Source: Myxococcales bacterium (GTDB lineage Bacteria; Myxococcota_A; UBA9042; JABWCM01; BTVJ01). Taken from it: 64,000 nucleotides of DNA. Location of the stretch: the NCBI GenBank assembly GCA_045863395.1, contig BTVJ01000025.1, forward strand, positions 1 to 64,000, in the 5' to 3' direction. Below the pieces are notes generated by a model. It searched no databases. It was not told where the DNA came from and saw only the letters and a program-made list of their open reading frames with translations. Position numbers and translations under genes: made by a program. This document shows, in pieces, positions 7,909 through 18,158 of this stretch. Position 1 is the first letter of the stretch; each line of letters starts with the position of its first letter.

Positions 7909-10347
7909 ATGAAGAGACGCATCCTGCCCTGGCTGAGCCTGCTGCTGGCCATCCCCGCGGGCTGCGCCGATCAGAGCGAAGGGCCGAGCGCCCCCGCTCC
8001 GACCGGCGGCGAAGTGACCGAGGCGCGCCCTGACTTCTCGACCCTGCTCCCCGCGTTCGAGACCGAGGCGGAGAAGAAGGTCCCCGGCAAGGCGGACGCC
8101 GCCGACGACTACCGCAAGGCCAACCCCCAGTGGTACTCCATCACCCAGCCACCGGCGGGCAAGACGTACCGGGCACTCACGGAGTGGGAGCCCCAGCAGA
8201 TCCTGCTGACCACCTACTCCGACGGCGTGAAGGGGAACAAGAACGTCCGCCAGACCATCGTCGACATCGTCTACCACACGATCGTCGACGCGCACTCCAA
8301 GGCGGGCGTGATCGTCGCGAGCCAGGCCACGGCCAACGACTTCACGGCGGGGCTGAAGGCCAAGGGCGCCAGCGACGCGATGATCACGGACAAGATCCAG
8401 TACATCATCATGCCGAACGACAGCATCTGGCTGATCGACTACGGCCCCGTTCCCGTCGTCGAGGCGGAGACCGGCACCCTCGCCTTCGGCGACTTCCGCT
8501 ACTACCATAATCGGTACCTGGACGACGCGATCCCGACCCGCCTTGCCCACGAGACGTTCGGCGTGTCGGCCTACCGGATGCCCATCAGCACCGAGGGCGG
8601 CACGTTCCAGGCCGACGGCGTGGGCGTCTGCTACACGGCCGAGCGCGCTCTCCAGTACTCCGGCATGACCAACGCCGAGTTCCTCAAGGTGTGGAAGGAC
8701 TACCTTTCCTGCGACCAGCTCGTGGTCATGAAGGACATCACGGACGACGGCACGGGACACATCGACATGTTCTTCAAGCTCGCGGCGCCGGACCTGACGC
8801 TGCTCGGCGAGTACCAGGACAAGTACGTGGTGGACGCCACCAACAAGAAGCGCATGGACGACAACAAGACCCTCCTGGAGGCGCTGGCGCTCCCCGAGGG
8901 CAAGACCATGAAGGTGGTCCGCGCGCCGTTCCCCTCGAAGAAGAACAACGTGCCCCGGACCTTCCTCAACTCGACCCTCATCAATGGGGTCAACCTGTGG
9001 CCGGTCTACTCGGATGCGAAGGACGCCGAGGCCGAGGCCCTCGCGGCATGGCAGGAGGTCCTGCCGGACTGGAACCACGTGGGCATCCTCTGCGACGACA
9101 TCGCGCAGTGGAGCGGCACGGTACACTGCGTCACCCGCACCATCCCGGAGGGCAACCTTCAGAAGTGGATCCCGGACGGCCAGTGCAACGGCGGTCAGTG
9201 CACCCCCGCCAGCGCGGATGGGTATGACGGCGCCTGCTTCGGCACGAGCAAGGACCAGTGCTGGGGCCCTGACTGGGTGTGCGAGTGCCCCCTCTGCACT
9301 CCCGACGGCAAGTGCTACGCCCCGACCTGCGAGGGCCACTGCGGCTCCGACCAGCCCACGGACGCAGGTTGCTACTGCGACGCCGCGTGTGTCCAGTACG
9401 GCGACTGCTGCGGCGACTACCAGCAGGTCTGTGGCGGCGGCGGCGGCGAGGGCTGCGAGGGCAAGTGTGGATCGGATCAGCCCACGGCCGCTGGCTGCTA
9501 TTGTGATGACTCCTGCGTCCAGTACGGCGACTGCTGCTCCGACTACGCGACCCTCTGCGGCGGGGAGCCCACGGGGTGCGGCGGCGTGACCTACGAGGGG
9601 TGCTGCGCGGAGAACGGCACCAAGCTCCAGTACTGCGAGAACGACAAGCTCACGGTGCTCAACTGCGCTGAGAACGGCTGTGGCTGGGACGGGACCAACG
9701 GCTTCTACGACTGCGGCAAGGAAGGCGAGGACCCGTCAGGCGAGAACCCGCGGGTCTGCACCGAGTGTGTTCCATCCTGCGGGGACGCCAAGTGCGGCGA
9801 CGACGGCTGCGGCGGAAGCTGCGGCTCCTGTGGTCCCAATGAGTACTGCGACGCCGGCGCGTGCAAGGCGGGCCAGGACCCCCGCGGCAAGAGCTGCGCG
9901 GGCAACTGTGGCGGCCAGGCCCCGTCGGGATGCTTCTGCGACGCAGAGTGCCTCGGGCGCGGCGACTGCTGCCCGGACGTGTGCGACTCCTGCGCGGATC
10001 TGTGCGAGCCGGTGGTCGGTGAGGACGTCGGCGGCGGCACGGACGCTGGAGGTGGCGGCGGTGCTGACGCGGGCGGCGGGGGCGGTAGCGCGGACACCGG
10101 CGGTGGCGGCAGCGGCGCGGACACCGGCGGCGGCGGGGGCGGGGGCGCAGACGCCGGCGCTGGCGCCGACACCGCTGGCGGCAGCTCCGACACCGGCGCT
10201 GGTGGCGGCGGCGGCGGCGGAAGCGGTACGGGTGGCGGTGACGGTGGCGGTGGGTGCTCGACCAGCAGCTCGACCTCCCCTGCCCCCGCGGCGCTCCTCG
10301 CCCTGCTGCTCCTCGTCGGCGCGTCGATACGGCGGCGCCGCGTCTGA
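7909..10347 (+). CDS. Surface agmatine/peptidylarginine deiminase family protein with somatomedin-B-like Cys repeats, Gly-rich linker and MYXO-CTERM
   Basis: Lipobox LLLAIPAGC. Deiminase motifs EWEP, WLIDYGP, EGG, GHID, FLN and GTVHCVT. Three CxGxCG..CYCDxxCxxxGDCC repeats. C-terminus GGGCS, hydrophobic helix, RRRR. Confidence 0.85.
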   Translation: MKRRILPWLSLLLAIPAGCADQSEGPSAPAPTGGEVTEARPDFSTLLPAFETEAEKKVPGKADAADDYRKANPQWYSITQPPAGKTYRALTEWEPQQILLTTYSDGVKGNKNVRQTIVDIVYHTIVDAHSKAGVIVASQATANDFTAGLKAKGASDAMITDKIQYIIMPNDSIWLIDYGPVPVVEAETGTLAFGDFRYYHNRYLDDAIPTRLAHETFGVSAYRMPISTEGGTFQADGVGVCYTAERALQYSGMTNAEFLKVWKDYLSCDQLVVMKDITDDGTGHIDMFFKLAAPDLTLLGEYQDKYVVDATNKKRMDDNKTLLEALALPEGKTMKVVRAPFPSKKNNVPRTFLNSTLINGVNLWPVYSDAKDAEAEALAAWQEVLPDWNHVGILCDDIAQWSGTVHCVTRTIPEGNLQKWIPDGQCNGGQCTPASADGYDGACFGTSKDQCWGPDWVCECPLCTPDGKCYAPTCEGHCGSDQPTDAGCYCDAACVQYGDCCGDYQQVCGGGGGEGCEGKCGSDQPTAAGCYCDDSCVQYGDCCSDYATLCGGEPTGCGGVTYEGCCAENGTKLQYCENDKLTVLNCAENGCGWDGTNGFYDCGKEGEDPSGENPRVCTECVPSCGDAKCGDDGCGGSCGSCGPNEYCDAGACKAGQDPRGKSCAGNCGGQAPSGCFCDAECLGRGDCCPDVCDSCADLCEPVVGEDVGGGTDAGGGGGADAGGGGGSADTGGGGSGADTGGGGGGGADAGAGADTAGGSSDTGAGGGGGGGSGTGGGDGGGGCSTSSSTSPAPAALLALLLLVGASIRRRRV

Positions 10348-10601
10348 GCCTGAGTCTTGGGGGAGGGTTCCACTCGGGCGCCCTCTCCTCTCAGCCACTT
10401 CCAATCCCCCCACCAAGTCCGTCGGCAGGCGGCGGCCGGATCGCGGGCGCGGTCGGCGCCGGGGGCGGCGGCGCCGCCGTCGCCGCGCAAGGAGCCGAGC
10501 GACGCTCCAGCCACCCGGGCTCACGGACCAACGCCTTCCCCGTTTACAATTCGAGCGGCATGCCGATGATTCGTGCAGGGCTTGCCACGAAGTGAGCGTG
10601 C

Positions 10602-11633
10602 ATGACCGGCCTGTCCGTGCTGCAGATGGACCAGCGACGCCGAGACCGCCACATCGGGACGGTCATCGGCGGTCGCTGGCTGATCCGCTCCCGCCTCGGA
10701 GGGGGCGGTGAAGGGGCGGTCTACCTCGCCGCGGCCCTCACCGATGACGCCCCTGTCGCGGTGAAGGTGCGGTTCGGACCGCCGGTGCCCGAGACGGAGG
10801 CCGGGGGGCTCCCCGCCGACCCCCTGGCCCGAGAGCACGCCATCCTGGGCGCCATCGCGGGCCCCCACTTTCCGCGGGCAGTGGAGCTCGGACATCTCGC
10901 CGACGACGAGCCCTACCTGGTGCGCGAGTTCATCGACGGACCGACCCTTCATGAGGTGATCCGGACCGAGGCACCCATGGCGCTCCCGCGCGCGATGATG
11001 GTCCTTCGCCGCCTGTGTGATGCAGCCCTCGCACTGCACGCCGCCGGCTACTGGCACCGGGACATCAAGCCGGCGAACGTGATCCTCTGCGGCCCTTTGG
11101 CGGACGCGGCGTCCTTGCGCCTGCTGGACTACGGCTCGTCCTGGCCTGTCGGCGCGCCGACCCCGGACGACGCCTCGCTGGTGCAGCTCCCCTCGGGGAC
11201 TGCGGCGTACATGGCTCCCGAAGTGGCTGCCGGCGGAACCGTCGGTGGTGAGGCGGCGGACCTCTATGCCATCGCGGCCGTCGCCTACGAGCTCCTCACC
11301 GGGAAGCACATCCTCGGCAAGGCCGTGGACTCGCCAACGGCGGCCCACGAGTACGTCCTCGGCCGGGGCCCCATCCCGCGCACACCCATCGCGCCCCTGA
11401 GGCCCGATCTGCCCTCCGAGCTTGCCTTCGGCATCGAGCGGGCCCTGAGCCGCGATCCGATGGACCGCGGCAGCTCGGTGGCCGAGCTGCGCAAGCTGCT
11501 GGGACCCGTCCCACACTCTGCGTGGGAGGACACATGGGACCCTCGGCACCGGGTCGCTGCGCCGCTGTCGCGCTGGGAGCAGCTCCTGGCGCGCCTCCGC
11601 AAGCTCTGGCGAGGATCAGGCCCTGCGCGGTGA
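10602..11633 (+). CDS. Soluble Ser/Thr protein kinase
   Basis: LGGGGEGAVY, VAVK, HRDIKPAN, LLDYG and GTAAYMAPE. No transmembrane helix seen. Confidence 0.85.
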   Translation: MTGLSVLQMDQRRRDRHIGTVIGGRWLIRSRLGGGGEGAVYLAAALTDDAPVAVKVRFGPPVPETEAGGLPADPLAREHAILGAIAGPHFPRAVELGHLADDEPYLVREFIDGPTLHEVIRTEAPMALPRAMMVLRRLCDAALALHAAGYWHRDIKPANVILCGPLADAASLRLLDYGSSWPVGAPTPDDASLVQLPSGTAAYMAPEVAAGGTVGGEAADLYAIAAVAYELLTGKHILGKAVDSPTAAHEYVLGRGPIPRTPIAPLRPDLPSELAFGIERALSRDPMDRGSSVAELRKLLGPVPHSAWEDTWDPRHRVAAPLSRWEQLLARLRKLWRGSGPAR

Positions 11634-12929
11634 CCACCGGCGCAGCACGAGCCCAGCGACCCCGGCTACGAAGACGACCCCCAGCACCGCCACCCCGACC
11701 AGGGCCACCCGGGGTCCCGCCGCATCGGGGGCCCCGCCTGCCCCGGTGGCCCCGAGGAACGCCACCGCGACGGCGGCCAGCACCCCGAGGGCTGCCGCCG
11801 CGGCCCCGGCGATGAGGCCCGCGCCAGCAAGCAGCCGACGGTGACGCCGAAGCGCCCAGCCGATTCGAGACAGCAGACCGGGGGGGCGGATGCTGATCGG
11901 GTCTCCCTCGGCGAAGGCGTCGAGATCGTCAGCCAGCTCCCCCGCCGACTTGTAGCGACCCCCCGGCTCCTTCGCCATGCAGCGCCGGCAGATGGCGTCG
12001 AGCGCGTCCGGAGCCGACCCACCCTTTGGGAGCGCCAGCGAGGGGAGCGGCTCCGTGACGGCCCTCCGCAGCGTATCCAGGTGCGTCGCCCCGAAGAACG
12101 GCGGCCGCGCCGCCACCAGGTGGTAGAGCACCGCGCCAAGGGCCCAGATGTCGGTCCAGGGCCCGAACCGGTCGGGCTGGCACCGGATCTGCTCCGGCGC
12201 CATATAGTACGGGGTCCCGATGGCCACCCCCACCGCGGTCACGGGCGTCTCGCTCGACAGCTCCCGGGCGATGCCGAAGTCGACCACGTGAGGCTCGCCG
12301 GCCTCGTCCACGAGCACGTTGTCGGGCTTGAGGTCCCGATGGAGCACGCCCCGCTGATGGGCGTAGTCGATGGCGCGCGCCACCTTGGCGAGCACGCGCG
12401 CCGCCCGCACTGGCGTGAGCTGCCCGTCCAGGAACAGCTTGGAGAGGGGCGCGCCCCGGATGAAGTCCATGACGAGGTAGTGCCGCCCATCGGCGGAGAC
12501 CCCGCTGTCGGTCACGGGGCAGATGTTCGGGTGGCTGAGCCGCGCCTGGAGGGTCATCTCCCGCTGGAAGCGCCGCAGCGAGGCCTCCTCGGCCTGATGC
12601 AGCACCTTGACGGCCACGACCTTGTGCAATCGGCGGTGAAAGGCCTTGTAGACCGTCCCCATGCCACCGCTGCCCATGGTGTCGAGGATCTGATACTCGT
12701 CCAGCAGCGTGCTCGGCGCCAGGTCGCCCGAGCGCGCCTGCGCCACGTCCAGCATGACCGTACGCTCGGCGGACGCGAGGCTGGCGGCGTCCGGGTGCGT
12801 ATCGCCTGCAGAGAACATCACCGTCGGCGCGTCGGCCAGCAAGGGCAGCGCCGCGCCACACGCGCCACAGCTCCGCGCCCCGGCCGGCGCCGGTGTCCCG
12901 CAGCGCGAGCAGGCGCTCACGGGAACCAC
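11616..12929 (-). CDS. Membrane Ser/Thr protein kinase with N-terminal zinc ribbon (start uncertain)
   Basis: CSRC..CGAC ribbon; GSGGMGTVY, VAVK, HRDLKPDN, DFG and GTPYYMAPE; two C-terminal hydrophobic helices. GTG start at 12929 or 12920 chosen to avoid overlapping the acyl-CoA dehydrogenase. Confidence 0.85.
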   Translation of the reverse strand: MVPVSACSRCGTPAPAGARSCGACGAALPLLADAPTVMFSAGDTHPDAASLASAERTVMLDVAQARSGDLAPSTLLDEYQILDTMGSGGMGTVYKAFHRRLHKVVAVKVLHQAEEASLRRFQREMTLQARLSHPNICPVTDSGVSADGRHYLVMDFIRGAPLSKLFLDGQLTPVRAARVLAKVARAIDYAHQRGVLHRDLKPDNVLVDEAGEPHVVDFGIARELSSETPVTAVGVAIGTPYYMAPEQIRCQPDRFGPWTDIWALGAVLYHLVAARPPFFGATHLDTLRRAVTEPLPSLALPKGGSAPDALDAICRRCMAKEPGGRYKSAGELADDLDAFAEGDPISIRPPGLLSRIGWALRRHRRLLAGAGLIAGAAAAALGVLAAVAVAFLGATGAGGAPDAAGPRVALVGVAVLGVVFVAGVAGLVLRRWSPRRA

Positions 12930-13128
12930 GCATTCGCGGCTGCCGGCCTGGGAGTCTTCGCGTCTGCGCTCCGCACCGTGCTCACACCTCACCTCCGTCG
13001 GGCGATTATGAAGAGCGCTGGTCCACCGCGTCAACGCGGCTTGCAAACGAGGCCACGCTTGCCGCACCATCGCGGCGGAGTACACCCCGGCGCGAGGTGA
13101 CGCGCCAGAGCCGCTGCGAGGAGACACC

Positions 13129-14295
13129 ATGGCGATTCCGCTGACCAAAGGCCACTACCCGTGGTTCGACGACGGCCACACCCTGTTCCGCAAGTCGGTC
13201 CGAGAGTGGGCCATGAAGGAGCTCTACCCACACGTCGAGGAGTGGGAGCGCGACCGCCTGTTCCCCCGGTGGGTCTTCGAGCAGGCCGGCAAGCTCGGCT
13301 TCCTGGGCATCCGCGCCCCGGAGGAGTACTCCGGCAGCGGCCTCGACTGGTGGTACACCACGTGCTGGGCCGAGGAGCTCGTCAACTGCGGCATGGCGGG
13401 CCTGACCATGGGCCTGCTGGTCCAGTCGGACATGGCGACGCCGGTCATCGGCGAATTCGGCACGCCGGAGCAGAAGCGCGAGTTCTGGGAGCCGGCCATC
13501 AAGGGGGAGCGCATCGCGGCCCTGGGCATCTCGGAGCCAGGGGTCGGCTCGGACGTCGCCAACCTGGCGACCACGGCCCGCCGGGACGGCGACGACTACG
13601 TGATCAACGGCGCCAAGACGTTCATCACCAACGGGACCCGCGCCGACTTCATCACCCTCGCGGTGCGCACCGGCACGGCCCCAGGCTACGGCAGCATCAG
13701 CCTGGTCCTCTTCCCGACGGACACCAAGGGCTTCCAGGTCTCGAAGAAGCTCGAGAAGGTGGGCAACCACTGCTCGGACACGGCGGAGCTCTTCTTCGAG
13801 GACTGCCGCATCCCCCGCCGCTACCTGCTCGGGCAAGAGAACATGGGCTTCATGCACATCATGCAGAACTTCCAGGGGGAGCGGCTGGTCGGGGCGCTGT
13901 CCGCCACCTCCGGCGCGACGCGCATGATCGAGCGCACCCTCGACTACTGCACTGACCGCAAGGCCTTCGGCCGTCCGCTCATCAAGTTCCAGGTCAACAA
14001 GCACAAGGTGGTCGACCTGCTGACCATGGTGGAGGCTGGCCGCCAGCTCGCCTACCGCGCCGTGGACCTCGTCAACCGCAAGAAGGACGCGACCCGCGAG
14101 ATCAGCATGGCCAAGCTGTTCTGCGGCCAGACGGCCTGCGACGTGGCGGACGCCTGCCTCCAGCTCCACGGCGGCTGGGGCTACATGGCGGAGTACGAGA
14201 TCTCGCGCTACTGGAGAGACACGCGGCTCATCACCATCGGCGGCGGCACCAACGAGATCATGAAGGAGATCATCGCCAAGACCTTCGGGCTCTGA
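13129..14295 (+). CDS. Acyl-CoA dehydrogenase
   Basis: ISEPGVGSD, INGAKTFITNG, FQGERL, RKAFGRPL, QLHGGWGY and IGGGTNEIMK. GAGGAG RBS. Confidence 0.95.
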   Translation: MAIPLTKGHYPWFDDGHTLFRKSVREWAMKELYPHVEEWERDRLFPRWVFEQAGKLGFLGIRAPEEYSGSGLDWWYTTCWAEELVNCGMAGLTMGLLVQSDMATPVIGEFGTPEQKREFWEPAIKGERIAALGISEPGVGSDVANLATTARRDGDDYVINGAKTFITNGTRADFITLAVRTGTAPGYGSISLVLFPTDTKGFQVSKKLEKVGNHCSDTAELFFEDCRIPRRYLLGQENMGFMHIMQNFQGERLVGALSATSGATRMIERTLDYCTDRKAFGRPLIKFQVNKHKVVDLLTMVEAGRQLAYRAVDLVNRKKDATREISMAKLFCGQTACDVADACLQLHGGWGYMAEYEISRYWRDTRLITIGGGTNEIMKEIIAKTFGL

Positions 14296-14297
14296 GC

Positions 14298-14753
14298 CTA
14301 CTCCGCCGCCCTCTTCTGGAGCTCACAGACCGCCCGGAGCCGCTCCTCCACCTTGCCACAGTCGATCTTCGGCATCTCTGCCTTCCGCACCTCCATGGCC
14401 TCGACGCCCAGACCGTTGGCGTCCAGATCGATGGTCAGAAGGTGCACGACGCGGTACCGCCCGGTGTCATCCAGCGAAGCGACGAGGCGCCCGCGGAGGC
14501 ACGTCAGCTCGTCCGGGGTCAGGAGCCCATCCCCGATGCGCCGCTCCAGGGCCTCGAAGTCTCCGCACCCTGGGACGCCGGGGTTGGGTAGGACCACCTG
14601 CTTCTCCAGCTCGGCTGGCGCGGCGGCAGGTGCAGCGGGTGGCGAATGTGACGCAGGAGGCGGGCTCGGGGGAGCAGTCGACGCCCCCCCTCCCTGCGCG
14701 CTCTTGCCGGAGCAGCCCGCTGCGATGACGGCAATCACCAAGAGCACCCTCAT
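14298..14753 (-). CDS. Hypothetical lipoprotein
   Basis: MRVLLVIAVIAAGC lipobox, Pro/Ala linker, small Cys-containing domain. Starts 3 nt after the upstream stop. Confidence 0.7.
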   Translation of the reverse strand: MRVLLVIAVIAAGCSGKSAQGGGASTAPPSPPPASHSPPAAPAAAPAELEKQVVLPNPGVPGCGDFEALERRIGDGLLTPDELTCLRGRLVASLDDTGRYRVVHLLTIDLDANGLGVEAMEVRKAEMPKIDCGKVEERLRAVCELQKRAAE

Positions 14754-14756
14754 GGC

Positions 14757-17573
14757 CTACTCCAGCTCGCTCAGGACCTTCTTGGCGACGGGCTCGTCCG
14801 GCTCCGCCGCGAGTGCCCGGGTCGCCGTCTCCTTCGCCTTGTCGCGCTCGCCCGAGTCAAGCAGCACCCGCGCGAGGAGCCCCAGGGCCACCGCAGGCCG
14901 CTCGGGCTCCAATGTGAGGGCCAGCTCCAACCCCTCGCGAGCCGCCACCCCATCCCCCTCTTCGAGCCGCACGCGCGCCACCGCCACCTGGACCGCAGCA
15001 GAGAACGGGGCGATCTCAAGCGCTCGGAGCGAGGCCGGACGCACCAGCTCCTTGCGACCGACCTTCCCGGCGAGCGCCACCACCTGAAGCTCCAGCTCCG
15101 CGTCCATCTGGCTGATCTCGGCGGCCTTCAGCGCGGCGTCGAGGGCCCCCGCGTCGTCCTTGCGGTCCGCCCGCAGCGCGTACAGCGACCGCCACGCCCC
15201 CTCGTGGGAGGGCTCCATCTTCGCGAGCGCCTCGTACTGCTTCTCCGCCTCGTCGAGATCCCCCATGGCCCGACACGCCGCACCGAGCCCCTCCCGGATG
15301 GCGATCCCGTCCTTCCCCCGTTCCAGCAGCCCCTCCAACGCCTTCCGCGCCGCAGCCCAGTCCTGGGCGTGCACACTCTGCTGCGCGGAGAGCCACGCGG
15401 TCAGCGGCTCCTCCGCGTCCAGCTCCACCGCCTTGGCGATGGCCGCGCTCGCCTCCTTCAGCTCCCCGTGGGCGAGGTGGGACATGGCCAGCTCCGCCTG
15501 CGCCCGCGCGCTCTCGGGAGCCTGCTGCGCGGCGCTCTCCCACCGCGCCAGGTCGCGATACGCGCCTGGGTCCGGCTCGAAGTGCCCCTCATACCGTGCA
15601 AGCGCCCGCGAGAGCCACTCGCGGAACGCCTCGTCGAACTGCCCCGTGCTCACACCGACCGCCTCCTGGAACACCGCCCCTGTCGGCTTGCGCGCAGCCC
15701 ACCCGAGGAGCATGGCGCGCAGCGCAGGGAAGCCCCACCGCTCCTCGATGTACTGCACGACGACGCTGGCCTGGTAGTAGGCGACCAGGATGTCGTCGAG
15801 GCTCTTGGCCTGGGTGAAGGCGGCGTTGAAGCCGTCGATACCGACCAGCTCGCCCCGCTTGAGCCGCTGAAAGAGCTCCAGGTCCATTGGGCGCGCCCAG
15901 GCCGGGCGCAGCCTCCGTGTCTCGTGGACGGCCAGGCCCTCCGTGAACCATCGTGGAACCCGCGAGTCGCTCATCTGGATGTGGTAGACGTGCGCCAGCT
16001 CGTGCCACAGCACCTGGTGCCAGTTGAAGTTGCCCTCGCTCGGGGAGCGCGCCGTGATCACGTGCCCGAAACACACACCGTGCGCGCCCATGCGCGGCAG
16101 CCCCACGGTCCTGATGGCAAACAGGGACGGGTCCGGGAACACCTCGATCTGGAGCGGCGGCTTCGCCTCGAACCCATAGCGGTCATTGTAGTAGGTGCGC
16201 GCTCGGAGCATCTCTGGCGTGACATGACGAGAGAGGACGTCCTTCTCCTTCTTCTCGAAGCGAAAACGCATTCCGTCGCGCTCAATCAGCTCGAAACGGT
16301 GGATCATCGTGTCATAGAAGATGGACGAGATGTTGTAGGCTCTCACATTGTACGGGTCCGCATCGAAGCCCCGGTCCAGGTACTGGCGTGCCTTGTCGTC
16401 GTCCGCGAGGCGGCTCCACCCGATGCCAAGCCCGATGAGCGCCCGGGCGTTGTCCGGGTCCAGCGCCAGCGCCTTCTCGTAGAGCCCGACCACCTCCACG
16501 TAGCGGTGCTCCCGCTCGCCGGCCTCCGCCGCGTCACACCAGACGTCCGCGTAGGTCGGGTTCACCGCCAGGGTGGCCTTGACCGCCTTGTCGAACGCCT
16601 GCGTCTCGTCCCGCAGGAAGCGCACCGTCGCCACGGCCGACAGCGCCGGCACGTGGCGCGGATTCAGCGCGAGGGCCTTGTCCAGCGTCGCGAGGGCCCC
16701 ATCGTAGTCCTCGTTGCGGATGGCGATCTCGGCCCGCACCAGCATGGCCTCGATGAGCCGTGGGCTCACCTTCAGCGCCTCCTCGATGCGCCCGGCCGCC
16801 TTGATCAGGTCGTTGTCGCTGCCGATGTCCACCCGCGCCATGCCGACGAGCGCCATCGGGTGGCGCGGATCCTTGGCGAGCACCTCCTGGAAGCTCCCGT
16901 CCGCGTCCCGGTAGTTGTACTTCTCAAGGAACAGGAGCCCCCACCACACGTTGGCCTCCAGGAAGGTCGGGTCCGCCTGGACCGCCTCCCCGAAGACCTG
17001 GTTCGCGTTCTTGAAGTACCCGGTTCGCCAGAGGCCCAGCGCCAACCACGTGAGGTCCTGGGCGGTCGTCACCTTGTCGTCCGTATAGGCGTCCGCCATG
17101 GGGTCGAGCACCGCCGTCGCCCGGGCCCCCCGCCCCAGCGCCAGGTTCGCCTGCCCGAGCGCCCAGCGCGCCCGGAAGTCCAGGCCGTTGCGGGCGACCA
17201 CCGGGTCGAGCCGCTTGATGGCCTCCTCGTATCGCCCACCAAGCAGGTCCAGCTCTCCAAGGAGCACGGCCCCCCGATCCTCCGCGCCCTTGCGCCCCGC
17301 GAGCTCCCTCGCGGTCTTGCCCGCCCCGTCCCAGTCGCCGACCCGCACCTGAGCGTCGAACAACGCGACGTGGGCCGCGCCCGTGGCGTCAGCCTTCGCC
17401 GCCTCGGCGAGCGCCGTCAACGCGCCCGCATAGTCACCGCTCGCAAAGCGCGCGAGGCCATCTCGGAGCCGGTCATCTCCCCGCGCGTCGGGAGCGAGGA
17501 GCAGCGCCGCGGTCAGGATCAGGAAGAGAGTGGGTCGTGCAGAGGTGAAGGGGAGCACTCGAAGCACGTTCAT
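14757..17573 (-). CDS. Secreted TPR protein with central peptidase MA (gluzincin-like) domain
   Basis: Start MNVLRVLP with GGAGG. Signal peptide; many TPRs; LWHELAHVY...VPRWFTEGLA; AYYQAS. Confidence 0.85.
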   Translation of the reverse strand: MNVLRVLPFTSARPTLFLILTAALLLAPDARGDDRLRDGLARFASGDYAGALTALAEAAKADATGAAHVALFDAQVRVGDWDGAGKTARELAGRKGAEDRGAVLLGELDLLGGRYEEAIKRLDPVVARNGLDFRARWALGQANLALGRGARATAVLDPMADAYTDDKVTTAQDLTWLALGLWRTGYFKNANQVFGEAVQADPTFLEANVWWGLLFLEKYNYRDADGSFQEVLAKDPRHPMALVGMARVDIGSDNDLIKAAGRIEEALKVSPRLIEAMLVRAEIAIRNEDYDGALATLDKALALNPRHVPALSAVATVRFLRDETQAFDKAVKATLAVNPTYADVWCDAAEAGEREHRYVEVVGLYEKALALDPDNARALIGLGIGWSRLADDDKARQYLDRGFDADPYNVRAYNISSIFYDTMIHRFELIERDGMRFRFEKKEKDVLSRHVTPEMLRARTYYNDRYGFEAKPPLQIEVFPDPSLFAIRTVGLPRMGAHGVCFGHVITARSPSEGNFNWHQVLWHELAHVYHIQMSDSRVPRWFTEGLAVHETRRLRPAWARPMDLELFQRLKRGELVGIDGFNAAFTQAKSLDDILVAYYQASVVVQYIEERWGFPALRAMLLGWAARKPTGAVFQEAVGVSTGQFDEAFREWLSRALARYEGHFEPDPGAYRDLARWESAAQQAPESARAQAELAMSHLAHGELKEASAAIAKAVELDAEEPLTAWLSAQQSVHAQDWAAARKALEGLLERGKDGIAIREGLGAACRAMGDLDEAEKQYEALAKMEPSHEGAWRSLYALRADRKDDAGALDAALKAAEISQMDAELELQVVALAGKVGRKELVRPASLRALEIAPFSAAVQVAVARVRLEEGDGVAAREGLELALTLEPERPAVALGLLARVLLDSGERDKAKETATRALAAEPDEPVAKKVLSELE

Positions 17574-17642
17574 GGGTCCTCCGGTCGGCTCCAGAGCGAG
17601 CGCCAGCAACCGCCAGCCGGGGAACTCACGAGTCGGCAACCG

Positions 17643-18113
17643 CTACAGGCCGGCGGCGATCTTCCACACCCCGTCCTCGCGGACGAGCTCCAGGCGGTTG
17701 AAGTCGTTGGACGCCACCCACCCCTCCTTGCCGCCCTCGGTGTAGAGGAAGCGCGCGATGTACTCGAAGGTCGCGTACCCCTTGGTGTCTCCGACCTTGA
17801 TGTCGGTGACGCGGAGCTCCACCTTCACGCGCTTGATGTTGTCCTTGAGGATGGGCAGGACGTCGGCCATCAGCTTCTCGTAACCGTAGTCGTCGGTGGT
17901 GTCGTCCGTGGTCGCCGCGTTCTCGAAGTAATCCCGTGAGATCATCTTCCGCAGGTCCACCACGTCCCGCTCCTCGATGCTGCGCCGGTAGCGCTGGAGG
18001 AGCTCCCACACCTCGCGGTTCTCCTCCGTGTCCTCGATGGCGGTGCCGGGAAAGGTGGATGGAGCGCAGGCAGCCGACAGCAGCGCCAACGCGAGCAGGA
18101 GCGATCTCACCAT
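17643..18113 (-). CDS. NTF2/SnoaL (DUF4440)-like lipoprotein
   Basis: Lipobox LSAAC. Helix then D...L..MISRDY. C-terminal LVREDGVWKI typical of the NTF2-like fold. Confidence 0.75.
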   Translation of the reverse strand: MVRSLLLALALLSAACAPSTFPGTAIEDTEENREVWELLQRYRRSIEERDVVDLRKMISRDYFENAATTDDTTDDYGYEKLMADVLPILKDNIKRVKVELRVTDIKVGDTKGYATFEYIARFLYTEGGKEGWVASNDFNRLELVREDGVWKIAAGL

Positions 18114-18158
18114 GGATGTCCCTCGGTCCAGGCGGCGCCGGCCGCCGATGCAGCGAGC

